Below, in pieces: positions 27,684-36,893 of a stretch of DNA of 50,706 bases; within the stretch, counting starts at the first letter, position 1, and each line of letters opens with the position of its first letter. The notes beneath the pieces were generated by a model. That model saw only the letters and a program-made list of their open reading frames with translations, ran no database searches and was not told the origin of the DNA. Source of the stretch: an uncultured bacterium. GTDB taxonomy: Bacteria > Nitrospirota > Thermodesulfovibrionia > UBA6902. A program made the position numbers and the translations under genes. The stretch is from assembly GCA_965603765.1 (NCBI GenBank), contig CBFDEG010000003.1:1-50706 (forward strand), given 5' to 3'.

Positions 27684-28211
27684 ATGAGTAAGACAGCGAG
27701 TTTATTTAGAGTGCAGATAATTGTTGCGACACTCTGTCTACTGAGCTTCGGGTTTTATGACGGAATGTCAGACCCGGTATTTGCGGCAAGTGATTTTATT
27801 ATCTATCCCAGTAAGGGACAGAGCAATGAACAACAGGAAAAGGACAAGTTTGAATGCTATTCCTGGGCCAAAGGGCAAACTGGGTTTGATCCCATGGAAA
27901 CGCCCAGGGCAACTGAAGCACCGCCGGAAAAACAGGCCCAAAAGGGAGGTGCCGGCAGGGGCGCAGTTGGCGGAGCATTGCTTGGTGCAGGAATTGGTGC
28001 AATTGCCGGAGATGCAGGTAAAGGAGCTGCCATTGGCGGACTCAGTGGAGGCGTAATGGGCGGAGCACGGCGACAGGAGCAGAAAAAACAGGAGGCACAA
28101 GCAGAACAGCAGTGGGCCCAGAACCAGGCAAATCAGTATGCACAAAGGCGCAATGAATACAACAGGGCTTACTCTGTCTGCCTTGAAGGCAGGGGCTATT
28201 CAGTTAAATAA
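27684..28211 (+). CDS. Glycine-zipper (YMGG-like) exported protein
   Basis: YPSKGQS..QQEKDKFECYSWA, GA..GA..GAIAG glycine zipper, C-terminal CLEGRGYSVK. Confidence 0.88.
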   Translation: MSKTASLFRVQIIVATLCLLSFGFYDGMSDPVFAASDFIIYPSKGQSNEQQEKDKFECYSWAKGQTGFDPMETPRATEAPPEKQAQKGGAGRGAVGGALLGAGIGAIAGDAGKGAAIGGLSGGVMGGARRQEQKKQEAQAEQQWAQNQANQYAQRRNEYNRAYSVCLEGRGYSVK

Positions 28212-28259
28212 GGATATAGGATATTGATTTTATGAATTAAAGCCAAAAGGAGAGGATCA

Positions 28260-28703
28260 ATGAATAAATTAATCGGAGTCATATTAATAACATTCATCTG
28301 CATGACACCGTTTTCGGTTATTGCCGGAGACTTTGATGGTTCAAAGCCGCTAATATGTGTTTTGGAGGATTCAATGGAATGCACTGCTGGCAACGGTTGT
28401 CAAGAAGTCAATGAGGAGGACATAAACCTTCCCGGCATCCTGAAGGTCGATGTAAAGAACAAGAGCATCAGGGCGGTTGGAAAGAGCAGTAAAAAGAGTG
28501 TAACCAGTATCAAGAACATGGAACATATAGATGGAAAGCTGATCCTTCAGGGAGCGGAAGACGGCTATAAGGATTATCAGGACGGGCTGGGCTGGAGCAT
28601 GGCAATAATGGAGTCAAATGGTGATATGGTGCTGACTGCATCCGGTGACAGAGTGGCGTTCATCCTGTTCGGTGAATGTGTTCCAACGAGTTATTTAAAA
28701 TAA
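28260..28703 (+). CDS. Exported hypothetical protein with conserved cysteines
   Basis: Signal peptide, FDGSKPLIC...EC...C, LILQG, FGEC. Confidence 0.75.
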   Translation: MNKLIGVILITFICMTPFSVIAGDFDGSKPLICVLEDSMECTAGNGCQEVNEEDINLPGILKVDVKNKSIRAVGKSSKKSVTSIKNMEHIDGKLILQGAEDGYKDYQDGLGWSMAIMESNGDMVLTASGDRVAFILFGECVPTSYLK

Positions 28704-28764
28704 ATAATTACGTACATTCTCTTTGTAGTCACGGCATTTCTTAAAGCAAGGTTTAGATAGATCT

Positions 28765-31700
28765 ATGAATGCGTTAAAGCGTGGTGTTCTGGTCATATGC
28801 TCTGTTCTGGTTATCTGCACTGTAGTCGCTGCCATTCTCCTGGCAGCACTTGACGATGACGACTATAGCGGAATCCTGACGTGGGCGGTTGAACGTTTCA
28901 CCGACACTAAGGTAAGCATAGAAGGTCCGGTCACTTTTGACCTTTCGATGGAGCCGTCGATCTTTGTTTCTGAGATCAGTATCGTGCCGGATAAGCATGA
29001 GAAGGATCTACTCTCAGTACATATCGGCCATATCAGAACGAAGATCGCTTTAAAACCGCTCTTATCAGGAGATATTCTGATAAGGGAACTGCTTGTAAAT
29101 GATGTTACGGTTTCATATGTCAAAGATGGCGTTCCTCAGCCTGAACAAAGTGATGAGAAAACTCTCAGAGAGAAACTGGCTGATATAAATATTCCGATCC
29201 CGGAGAACGTAACCCTGAATAATATTAACCTGTCTTATGTAAATAAGGGGGCAGATCATTCTCTTAATGTCCTTCTTCACTCACTTACCAGTGATTATTT
29301 ACGCGATAAGGGGCAGCTCTATATTAAAGGAACAGGAACTGCGAACAATACGGATCTTTCTATTGACGGTCAGTTAGGATCGGTTTCAGATGCCCTCATG
29401 CATACCAGGCCCTACCCTCTCGAGGAAATTACAACTGATCTGAAGCTGCACCTGAAAGGGCCGGACACAAAACTCCTTAGATATGTCCTGTTCGAATGGC
29501 TGCCGGATACCGGCCCTCTGTCCGGCGAGGCACTGCTGATTGGTCCGCTAAATAGGCTTACGCTAAAAGATATTAATATAACTGCCGGGAAACCGAAGAA
29601 GGTATGGATCAATGCTCAAGGGCGGCTGGACATGAGCCCGCTCGATCCGGACCTGCCCACTTCGGACATTGACATGGCCCTGTCAATAAAGTCCGGAGAG
29701 GCGCCGCAGCTTTTTACCAACCTTAATGTTGACATTCCTGATCTGAAAACAGTATCCGCAAAAGCCCGCATGCACGGGTCCGGAGACCGCCTTATTTTTG
29801 ACGGGATCGATATTCAGATGACAGATCCCGATGGAGTGTCCGCCGGGGCTTCCGGAAATTTCATTTTAATGAAAAACATAAACGGAACATCTCCAAGCAC
29901 GCTTGACCTTAAAGTTAAAATAAATGCAGAGAATATTTCAACATTTGAACAACTGCTGGCCGCAAAAGCCCTTCCCGACCTCGGCCCCGTATTAGTTACT
30001 GCGAGTATCAAGGGAACTACCGAAACCCTGTCACTGGAGGACGTTCTGATCCAGGCAGGCCATCCCGGCCCGGTGCAATTTCAATGGAAAGGGCGAATCG
30101 GCAAAGTAACTTTCGATAGTGATGAGCCGGCCTCCGAAGTTGAGATCGTCAGCTCCTTTTACGCAAAGAAGACCTCATTGTTTTCACCATATGTCGGGTT
30201 TGACATACCGGATTTCGGGCCGGTGGAAGGATCTTCACAGATCGTAGCGCGAAAAGGAGGATATGGTGCTGATGATCTTGAGCTCATTATCGGCAATAAA
30301 GAAGATCACAGCATGAAGGCTACAGGAAGCGTTAAATACTTAATGCACGGCACCTCTGTGGCTTTAGAAGGGATCAATATGACCTTTGAGGTCCCTAAAC
30401 TTGAAAGCCGTATCATTACAGAACACCTTGGGAAACACGAGATGGACCTGGGAAAGATCAGCGGCAATTTTTCTCTAACCGGCAAACCGGAAGATCTTAC
30501 TCTATCTAATATGGAGTTCTCAATAATTTCTCCTGAAGGGTTAAAGATCTCTACTCGAGGATATATCAAACACATCCTGCCGGGAAAAGAGAATCCCGTC
30601 AAGGGAATCAAAATGGAACTTTCAGCCACAGCTCCCGGCATGAGCGCAATAGAAAAGATAACTGATATGGATTTCCCTGATCTGGGACCTCTAAGCATGA
30701 GCGCGAATATTAACGATCGCGATGGTAAACTCAACTTTGAAAAGTTTCAGTTGCGAACCGGACCAGAGAAGGAACCAACCTTTCTTGTAGAGTTTGAAAC
30801 ACATGACATTCTGAGTATGGAGCATATGGATCTATCAGTATCCTATGAAGCTGCTATCCGGCCGTGGCTTGAAGAGTTCTACGGTCATTCAGTTCCCGAA
30901 GACCATAGATTAAAAGGGGAAGCTACGCTTAGCGGATCCGGGGATCTTCGAACCATTAAAGGTTCGGCCTACTCCGGAAAGACTCAATTCATGACAACCA
31001 TTGAACTGTCACGGGTAAATGAGCAGAAACACATTGCTGTAAAAATCTCGTCACCGAAGATCTACCTGGATGACCTGGGCATCTACCCGGAAGTTCGGGA
31101 ACAAGAAGACTCTGCAATAAAAGACAAATCAGTTTCTCACGCAAAAATATTTTCTGACGAACCATTTCACTTTGAAAACTTGAAAAAGCTGAACCTGTCA
31201 TTCAGTTTTGACGCTGAAGAGTTGATAGGCAGAGATTTTAACCTTCAGGACCTCGATTTTGATGTAATGATCAAGGATGGCTTTCTTCGTATAACCCTTG
31301 CGAAGCTTTCAAATGCCAACGGATTTGTAACAGCTGAATCCAGTATTGATACAAGAGGCCCGAAACCGGAGATAGCATTGAATATGAAAGCTAAAGATAT
31401 TGATATTGCAAATCTTCTTGCACATATTCACACCCCCCTGCTTCTTAGCGGACATCTCAAACTGGCAGCTGACCTTAGGGGCATTGGCAGTTCTCCGCGT
31501 GAGATCGCGTCATCTCTTAATGGTGATCTGGAAATAATGATCGAGAACGGACAGATCAAGAGCATTGCTGACCTTATGGGAGCGGATGCTATCGATTTTG
31601 TAACCGCAGTCCGAAAAACAACTGAGTATACGAAGTTAAACTGCCTTGCCGCTGGTTTCTCGTTCACAGAGGGTATTGGCAAGAGCAAGGTCATTTACAT

Positions 31701-31998
31701 TGATACTCCGAGTGTACGGTCAAAGGGGATCGGGACCCTGGATCTTCAGGAGGAAAGCATAGACATTGCCATACATCCTAAACCTAAAAAAAGGATGGTT
31801 GGAGGGAGTTCTCCGGTTACGATCATAGGACCGCTAAATAGTCCTTCCGCAAAAAAACTGCCTTTCATAGAAGCCTCCCGGCTGTACGGAGAGATATTTA
31901 TGCCATATGTTTTTCTGCCCGCCCGGGCTCTGGGATATATGTGGTTTATGATGAAAGATGATAAGGATGAGCATAGCCCATGTTTGAAATTTGAGTAG
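28765..31998 (+). CDS. AsmA-family (lipid bridge-like) protein
   Basis: N-terminal TM anchor, AsmA-like start (IEGPVTFDLS), repeated beta-groove segments, AsmA C-terminal region (NCLAAGF...G.LDL..E.ID). Confidence 0.85.
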   Translation: MNALKRGVLVICSVLVICTVVAAILLAALDDDDYSGILTWAVERFTDTKVSIEGPVTFDLSMEPSIFVSEISIVPDKHEKDLLSVHIGHIRTKIALKPLLSGDILIRELLVNDVTVSYVKDGVPQPEQSDEKTLREKLADINIPIPENVTLNNINLSYVNKGADHSLNVLLHSLTSDYLRDKGQLYIKGTGTANNTDLSIDGQLGSVSDALMHTRPYPLEEITTDLKLHLKGPDTKLLRYVLFEWLPDTGPLSGEALLIGPLNRLTLKDINITAGKPKKVWINAQGRLDMSPLDPDLPTSDIDMALSIKSGEAPQLFTNLNVDIPDLKTVSAKARMHGSGDRLIFDGIDIQMTDPDGVSAGASGNFILMKNINGTSPSTLDLKVKINAENISTFEQLLAAKALPDLGPVLVTASIKGTTETLSLEDVLIQAGHPGPVQFQWKGRIGKVTFDSDEPASEVEIVSSFYAKKTSLFSPYVGFDIPDFGPVEGSSQIVARKGGYGADDLELIIGNKEDHSMKATGSVKYLMHGTSVALEGINMTFEVPKLESRIITEHLGKHEMDLGKISGNFSLTGKPEDLTLSNMEFSIISPEGLKISTRGYIKHILPGKENPVKGIKMELSATAPGMSAIEKITDMDFPDLGPLSMSANINDRDGKLNFEKFQLRTGPEKEPTFLVEFETHDILSMEHMDLSVSYEAAIRPWLEEFYGHSVPEDHRLKGEATLSGSGDLRTIKGSAYSGKTQFMTTIELSRVNEQKHIAVKISSPKIYLDDLGIYPEVREQEDSAIKDKSVSHAKIFSDEPFHFENLKKLNLSFSFDAEELIGRDFNLQDLDFDVMIKDGFLRITLAKLSNANGFVTAESSIDTRGPKPEIALNMKAKDIDIANLLAHIHTPLLLSGHLKLAADLRGIGSSPREIASSLNGDLEIMIENGQIKSIADLMGADAIDFVTAVRKTTEYTKLNCLAAGFSFTEGIGKSKVIYIDTPSVRSKGIGTLDLQEESIDIAIHPKPKKRMVGGSSPVTIIGPLNSPSAKKLPFIEASRLYGEIFMPYVFLPARALGYMWFMMKDDKDEHSPCLKFE

Positions 31999-32069
31999 GG
32001 GCAGACCTGAGTGTCTGCCCTGGCTTTGATACACACGCGTAAGGGTCGCACACATAGGTGCGCCCCTAC
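31995..32069. repeat. Inverted REP doublet (REPIN-like) filling the AsmA/mutL convergent junction
   Basis: GTAGGGGCAGACCTGAGTGTCTGCCC...GGGTCGCACACATAGGTGCGCCCCTAC. Confidence 0.8.
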
Positions 32070-33787
32070 GTTCTTTTGAACATCTTCTGAAGGTCATTTA
32101 TCGAGAGCATTATCTTTGTGGGTCTGCCATGCGGACATTTGCCAGGTTCATCGGCCTTCTCAAGGTCTGACATCATCTTTGAGAGCTCTTCATTGTTCAG
32201 CTGTTCGCTTCCCCGAACAGACCTGTGACAGGCAAGCCGTGCGGCAATGCTCTTTAAAAGCGCCTGTTCCTGCGACTCACCTGTTATGCCGTCAGTTTCT
32301 TCTTCGATGACACCTGCGGCCACGTCCATGATAAGGCCCTTAATATCAGCCTTTCTGATTTCCTTTGGTATGGACCTGACTATCACGTTGTTCTTCCCGA
32401 AATCATCAATGTCGAGTCCAAGGCTGCCCAGAAAGTCCAGCTGTTTTATCACAATATTATATTCCCTCACAGGAAGCTCTATACGAAGCGGCAGGAAAAG
32501 CGGCTCCGTCTCTATTGCTTCACGTTTGAGGAATTTTTCGTAATTGATCCTCTCATGCGCCGCATGCTGGTCGATTATCATTAGTCCTTCCTCAGTCACG
32601 GTCGCAACAAATGCTTCTCCTATATAGAAAAATAATGAAACAGCATCAGCCATGCCTGAGGTAAAAAAATCAGACTGTGATTCACCGAACAATGCTGACG
32701 GCTCCTGCACAGCGCCTGCTCCTCCTGTATTCAATCGATACACAGGCCCCGTTCGTGCCTGTCCCTTAAATGAGGGCAGAGCTGTCACATTAACTTCATG
32801 CCCCGGATTCAGGGCCTCATAAACAGCCGCCCTTACAAGCCTGTGGATATCATCAGGCCGCTCGAACTTCACCTCACGCTTTGCAGGATGAACATTCACA
32901 TCAACCATTGCAGGGTCTACTTCAAGAAATATAAAATACGCGGGATGTCTGTTGCCCGGTATCAGGTCCCTGTACACATCACATACCGCGTGATTTATTG
33001 TTGCGTTTGTCACAGGACGTTTATTCACAAAGATTATCTGGTGGCTCCTGCTCCCCCTCGTAACATCAGGCCTGGACACAAATCCGAAAGCAGTTATCCC
33101 CCTGCCCTCTTTTCTGACCTCAATAAACTCTCCTGCCATCTCATCACCATAGAGCTGGGCAAGCCTCACTTTATGGTCTCCGGCTGAAGGGGCATTCAGA
33201 AGCTCGCTATTATTGTGCTTTAAAGTAAATGCTATTGAAGGGTAGGCAAAGGCCTTTCTGACAACAGTCGATATTATATGAGAGAGTTCGGTCGGGTTGG
33301 TCTTGAGGAACTTCCGCCTTGCAGGGGTATTATAAAAAATATCCCTTATCTCGATCATGGTGCCCTTTACAGGAGGCGCGTCAGAAAGTTCAGGTTTATG
33401 ATTCACGCCTATCTCAACCTTTATCCCGACATCAGCATCAGGAGTTGATGTTATCATCGTGACCTTTGAGACCGAGGCAATGGCCGGGATGGCCTCCCCC
33501 CTGAAGCCAAGGGTGGATATATCAAAAAGCTCTTCTTCTGTTCTTATCTTGCTCGTAGCATGTCGTTCAAAGCAAAGCTCAGCATCAGCCCTGTCCATTC
33601 CAAAGCCGTCATCAGATACTTTAATAAGCTTCTTGCCGCCGTAAAGCACCTCAACATCAATGCGTGATGCACCCGCATCAATAGAGTTATCTATCAACTC
33701 CCTCACAACCGAAGCAGGCCGCTCTATCACCTCACCGGCGGCTATCTTGTTTATGAGAAGATCTGGAAGTACTGCTATTTTTGACAT
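32066..33787 (-). CDS. mutL: DNA mismatch repair endonuclease MutL
   Basis: NKIAAGEVIERPASVVREL, GFRGEA, DVNVHPAK, endonuclease motifs DQHAAHERINYE, ACH and CPHGRP. Likely start is MSKIAVL. Confidence 0.98.
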   Translation of the reverse strand: MSKIAVLPDLLINKIAAGEVIERPASVVRELIDNSIDAGASRIDVEVLYGGKKLIKVSDDGFGMDRADAELCFERHATSKIRTEEELFDISTLGFRGEAIPAIASVSKVTMITSTPDADVGIKVEIGVNHKPELSDAPPVKGTMIEIRDIFYNTPARRKFLKTNPTELSHIISTVVRKAFAYPSIAFTLKHNNSELLNAPSAGDHKVRLAQLYGDEMAGEFIEVRKEGRGITAFGFVSRPDVTRGSRSHQIIFVNKRPVTNATINHAVCDVYRDLIPGNRHPAYFIFLEVDPAMVDVNVHPAKREVKFERPDDIHRLVRAAVYEALNPGHEVNVTALPSFKGQARTGPVYRLNTGGAGAVQEPSALFGESQSDFFTSGMADAVSLFFYIGEAFVATVTEEGLMIIDQHAAHERINYEKFLKREAIETEPLFLPLRIELPVREYNIVIKQLDFLGSLGLDIDDFGKNNVIVRSIPKEIRKADIKGLIMDVAAGVIEEETDGITGESQEQALLKSIAARLACHRSVRGSEQLNNEELSKMMSDLEKADEPGKCPHGRPTKIMLSINDLQKMFKRT

Positions 33788-33909
33788 GGTATATATTACC
33801 TGTGTCATATATCAAAATCCAAATAACAAGCATCTCGAAAACGAGTCGTGCCGACAAATAACAAATAAATCCCAAATTCTAATATCCAAATAAAATGCAA
33901 AATCCAGAC

Positions 33910-33937
33910 GTAAGGGTAATTCATGAATTACCCCTAC
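33910..33937. repeat. GTAG-family REP palindrome
   Basis: GTAAGGGTAATTCATGAATTACCCCTAC. Confidence 0.75.
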
Positions 33938-34077
33938 ATGCTGTCATTTCTTACAGTTGTTGTTCTCACTGATTCCATATAAAATTCAATGGTCTTTTAT
34001 ATATTCCAAATTAAATGAAGAGAGCATATATCTTCAAGGTCGCAAACTGCGACCTTAAAGCAAGTTCAATATATCTA

Positions 34078-34335
34078 ATGCCAATTATAAGCAGTTTTTT
34101 CGGGATCATCATCGCTATGTACTATCGAGACCATGCCCCGCCTCATTTCCATGCAAGATATGGCGACCAGGAGGTTATAGTTGAAATAGCAACAGGCAAA
34201 ACCATCGGTGAAATGTCCGGTCGGGCTTTGTCCATTCTGCAGGAATGGCGTATAATACATACTAAGGAACTGCTTAATGACTGGAGGCTGTCAGAACAGA
34301 ACAGGCCTCTGAAGAAAATTAGCCCTTTGGAGTAG
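34078..34335 (+). CDS. DUF4160 protein (toxin-like partner of a DUF4160/DUF2442 pair)
   Basis: MPIISSFFGIIIAMYYRDHAPPHFHARYG...W...H..EL...W...I.PLE. Confidence 0.9.
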   Translation: MPIISSFFGIIIAMYYRDHAPPHFHARYGDQEVIVEIATGKTIGEMSGRALSILQEWRIIHTKELLNDWRLSEQNRPLKKISPLE

Positions 34336-34338
34336 AAA

Positions 34339-34584
34339 ATGGTCAGACACATAAAAGAAGCTAAGTATTTACATGATTACACAATATGGCTCCGCTTCGA
34401 TGACGCTTCAGCCGGTGAGGTTGACCTGACGAACGAGCTTTATGGCGAAGTTTTCGAGCCATTAAAAGACCCCGCAATGTTCAAGGCCTTCAAAGTCGAT
34501 CCAGAGCTTGAGACCATCGTATGGGACAATGGCGCGGACATGGCCCCGGATTTCCTTTACGATAAATTGAAGATACTCGCATGA
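34339..34584 (+). CDS. DUF2442 protein (antitoxin-like partner)
   Basis: LRFDD...GEVDL...GEVFEPLKD...TIVWDNGADMAPDFLY. Confidence 0.9.
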   Translation: MVRHIKEAKYLHDYTIWLRFDDASAGEVDLTNELYGEVFEPLKDPAMFKAFKVDPELETIVWDNGADMAPDFLYDKLKILA

Positions 34585-35049
34585 TACGACCGACGTACGT
34601 AACCCGTCGAACGTCGGCCCTTCCCGTCGTTCATTTGTAATTCTTAATTAGTAATTCATAATTGATCTTTCCCTTGCCCGAACAACCTGAAAACGGCTAT
34701 ACTTTCTTCTAACAAGGGGACTCAGCAATACTTTATTTTTCAAGTCCATATCCCCGATTGCCAAATTTACAATGATATATGCAATGCGTTTATCATAGTA
34801 ATAAGGACCAAAGCGGAGTACTATGATTTTGAGTTTCTTTATTTTTAGAATAGTTTCAAATATGGCGAATTAAATTATGATAAATTTTATTACAACAAAT
34901 TCAACAAACGGATATTGCGCCTAATCATTGTTATGTAAGAGAAAGCAAAGATGAATAAAGGAGCAGAGTTTAATTTCCAAGGAAATATACTGAATAGTGT
35001 TTCGCAGAGTCGCTAATAAATAACAATTTCGTGGTGAGGACTAATCCCT

Positions 35050-35211
35050 ATGATGAAACACAAAATTATAGTATCAATCTTAATGTTATTAGGAGTTGGC
35101 CTCACCAACCTGAATTATAGTCATCTAATAGATCGTATAGGTTATTTGATTATTTTTATCAGTATTTTCTTGCTCATTAAAATAGTAAGAAAAGAAACAA
35201 ATAAAACATAA
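35050..35211 (+). CDS. Small two-TM protein in an integron gene cassette (not in the ORF track)
   Basis: 53 aa MMKHKIIVSILMLLGVG...IFLLIKIVRKETNKT*. The stop TAA overlaps the attC inverse core ACATAAC. Confidence 0.5.
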   Translation: MMKHKIIVSILMLLGVGLTNLNYSHLIDRIGYLIIFISIFLLIKIVRKETNKT

Positions 35212-35339
35212 CAAGTTGTTGGAGATTGAACGAGTACCACATGACACTTTTTTAGCTTGAATCATTTTGATAGTTTCAAATCAGTTTAAGGCCGGTTCAT
35301 GAGATACGGTGGTACTCGTCACTCAACTTGTCGTTAGAT
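35206..35339 (+). mobile_element. Integron attC recombination site (134 bp)
   Basis: R'' ACATAAC, 5-nt unpaired spacer, L'' GTTGGAG vs L' CTCAAC with one extra G, perfect 11-bp inner stem ACGAGTACCAC/GTGGTACTCGT, R' GTTAGAT. Confidence 0.88.
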
Positions 35340-35346
35340 TTAAAAA

Positions 35347-35913
35347 ATGAAATATATACATTATTACATCATATTCGCTTTTTGTATGATTTTTTCGGCT
35401 TGTGCCTATCATAATGAATACCCGAATGATTGGTCAATAATTAACCTTACTCCTACTGATGAATGCCCTATTATATCAGGCATATATTTAAATGAAGGAG
35501 AAGCTGGAAGTCATTATAATAAAATCTCTTTATCGAGCATATTGTTTGCAGAAGAAACGTATAAGCAATATGACGCTTTCAAAGAAGCTTCTCATGTACT
35601 GATAAGTCAAATAAAAGAAGAAATAGTAGAAATCAAAGTATTAAATAATGATAAGGAAATTTATTCTGAAGTATTTAAGCGTAAGTCTGATCAATTTTAT
35701 TGCGAAGAAGGATTATTAAAAATCAAAAGAAGTGAATTTACTAGCCGTGATGGAGCAGTAGGGCAAGAGCGGGAAAAATTGGGCTTAAAGGTAGCTGATG
35801 ATTATTTAATTATAAAAAGCGAAAGTAAACATATGGGAATGTTATTTTTTATTCCTGCTATTGAATCTGGAACAAGTTGGTATCGCTTCATGCAAGAGAA
35901 CAATAAAATCTAA
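35347..35913 (+). CDS. AT-rich lipoprotein encoded in an integron cassette
   Basis: Lipobox FSAC. Starts just after GTTAGAT and ends in the complementary inverse core ATCTAA. Confidence 0.8.
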   Translation: MKYIHYYIIFAFCMIFSACAYHNEYPNDWSIINLTPTDECPIISGIYLNEGEAGSHYNKISLSSILFAEETYKQYDAFKEASHVLISQIKEEIVEIKVLNNDKEIYSEVFKRKSDQFYCEEGLLKIKRSEFTSRDGAVGQEREKLGLKVADDYLIIKSESKHMGMLFFIPAIESGTSWYRFMQENNKI

Positions 35914-36154
35914 TCGGATAAGCGGGGTTTCTCTCCCCCGCTCTCCACAACACCCCTCATGCGGGTCCGCAAGGGGCGGTTCACAAAGACTATCGAGCCA
36001 TAGCCGGATAGTGAATGTTCACCCACATTTCCTTGTCGGCAACGACCCGTTCCGGGATAGCCATTACACTTTGAGCTTTCAGCCATTTTTGGGTCATGCC
36101 GACCTGTGTAGCCAGCGTACGGGACTTATTCCACAGGCCTTTCCAACTCATGGC
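35913..36154 (-). mobile_element. 5'-truncated group IIC(-attC) intron: RT/maturase C-terminus plus domains V and VI
   Basis: Minus strand encodes AMSWKGLWNKSRTLATQVGMTQKWLKAQ...KEMWVNIHYPAMAR* (36154-35990). It is followed by DV GAACCGCCCCTTGCGGACCCGCATGAGGGGTGTTGTGG (CGC triad) and DVI ending CCGAT, joined to TAGAT of the attC inverse core. Confidence 0.88.
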
Positions 36155-36286
36155 AATAGTGGGGAATAAATCTGAAACTCGACAACAAAGTACTTACAGA
36201 GAGTTAGCCGTTTGAATAGTGGGTGGTATCTATAAGAAAAATCATAGAAATAAAGATAATATGTTACAATTTGGTAAAGGCACTAA

Positions 36287-36484
36287 ATGGAGGATCTGAT
36301 GGGAAAAGCACAATATTTGGTTAATGAAAGTGGTCAAAAGACTGCAGTATTACTTCCAGTTGATGAATATGAAGGACTTCTGGAAGACATCCACGATCTC
36401 GCTGTTATTGCTGAGCGAAAAGATGAATCAACAACCAGTTACGATGAATTGAAAAAACGATTGGAAGCAGATGGCCTCTTATGA
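36287..36484 (+). CDS. Antitoxin (RelB-like partner of RelE)
   Basis: QYLVNESGQKTAVLLPVDEYEGLLEDIHDL. Overlaps the toxin start. Confidence 0.82.
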   Translation: MEDLMGKAQYLVNESGQKTAVLLPVDEYEGLLEDIHDLAVIAERKDESTTSYDELKKRLEADGLL

Positions 36485-36734
36485 AATTCAATGGAAGCAT
36501 TCTGCTGAAAAAGAATTAAGAGGAATTAACAGGCAATTTATATCTCGAATCCTCGAAGCTGTTAACTCTCTATCTGATGATCCCTTTCCATCACAACACC
36601 GAAAACTTCAAGGCTCCGAATCAAGCTACCGCATACGCATTGGAGACTACCGCGTAATTTATCAAGCTGATATAGAAAACAAGATCATCGTTATTTATCA
36701 CGTACGACATAGAAAAGATATTTATCGTAAGTAG
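36471..36734 (+). CDS. relE: RelE/ParE family toxin
   Basis: YEIQWKHSAEKEL...DPFP...KLQG...YRIRIGDYRVIY...HRKDIYR. Confidence 0.92.
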   Translation: MASYEIQWKHSAEKELRGINRQFISRILEAVNSLSDDPFPSQHRKLQGSESSYRIRIGDYRVIYQADIENKIIVIYHVRHRKDIYRK

Positions 36735-36866
36735 TACCAATAATGATCACCATCTCCAGGAACACAAAACATAGAACACGTTCCAATGAAAGGACATTGA
36801 TCTTATGTTTTGAATCGAAAAACAACAATGCAATGGGTGATTAAAAAGGGTCACGTCTAATATATC

Positions 36867-36893
36867 AAGGGCGAGGCAGCGCCCGGCCCCTAC
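36867..36893. repeat. Degenerate GTAG-family REP containing the radical SAM stop codon
   Basis: AAGGGCGAGGCAGCGCCCGGCCCCTAC. CTA at 36890-36892 is the minus-strand TAG. Confidence 0.6.

Noticed and set aside
34700-34936. A complete attC or attI upstream of the first cassette
   Set aside because: Core-like words exist (TCTAAC at 34708, TACAAC at 34891, GTTATGT at 34930), but I could not fold convincing L boxes. It is degenerate at best.
35861-36169. 102-aa plus-strand ORF
   Set aside because: It is the antisense reading of the group II intron DV/DVI and maturase remnant.
36735-36860. attC site closing the RelBE cassette
   Set aside because: There is an imperfect hairpin (CAAAACATA...TATGTTTTG) but no GGCTAAC inverse core or GTTRRRY in the proper geometry.
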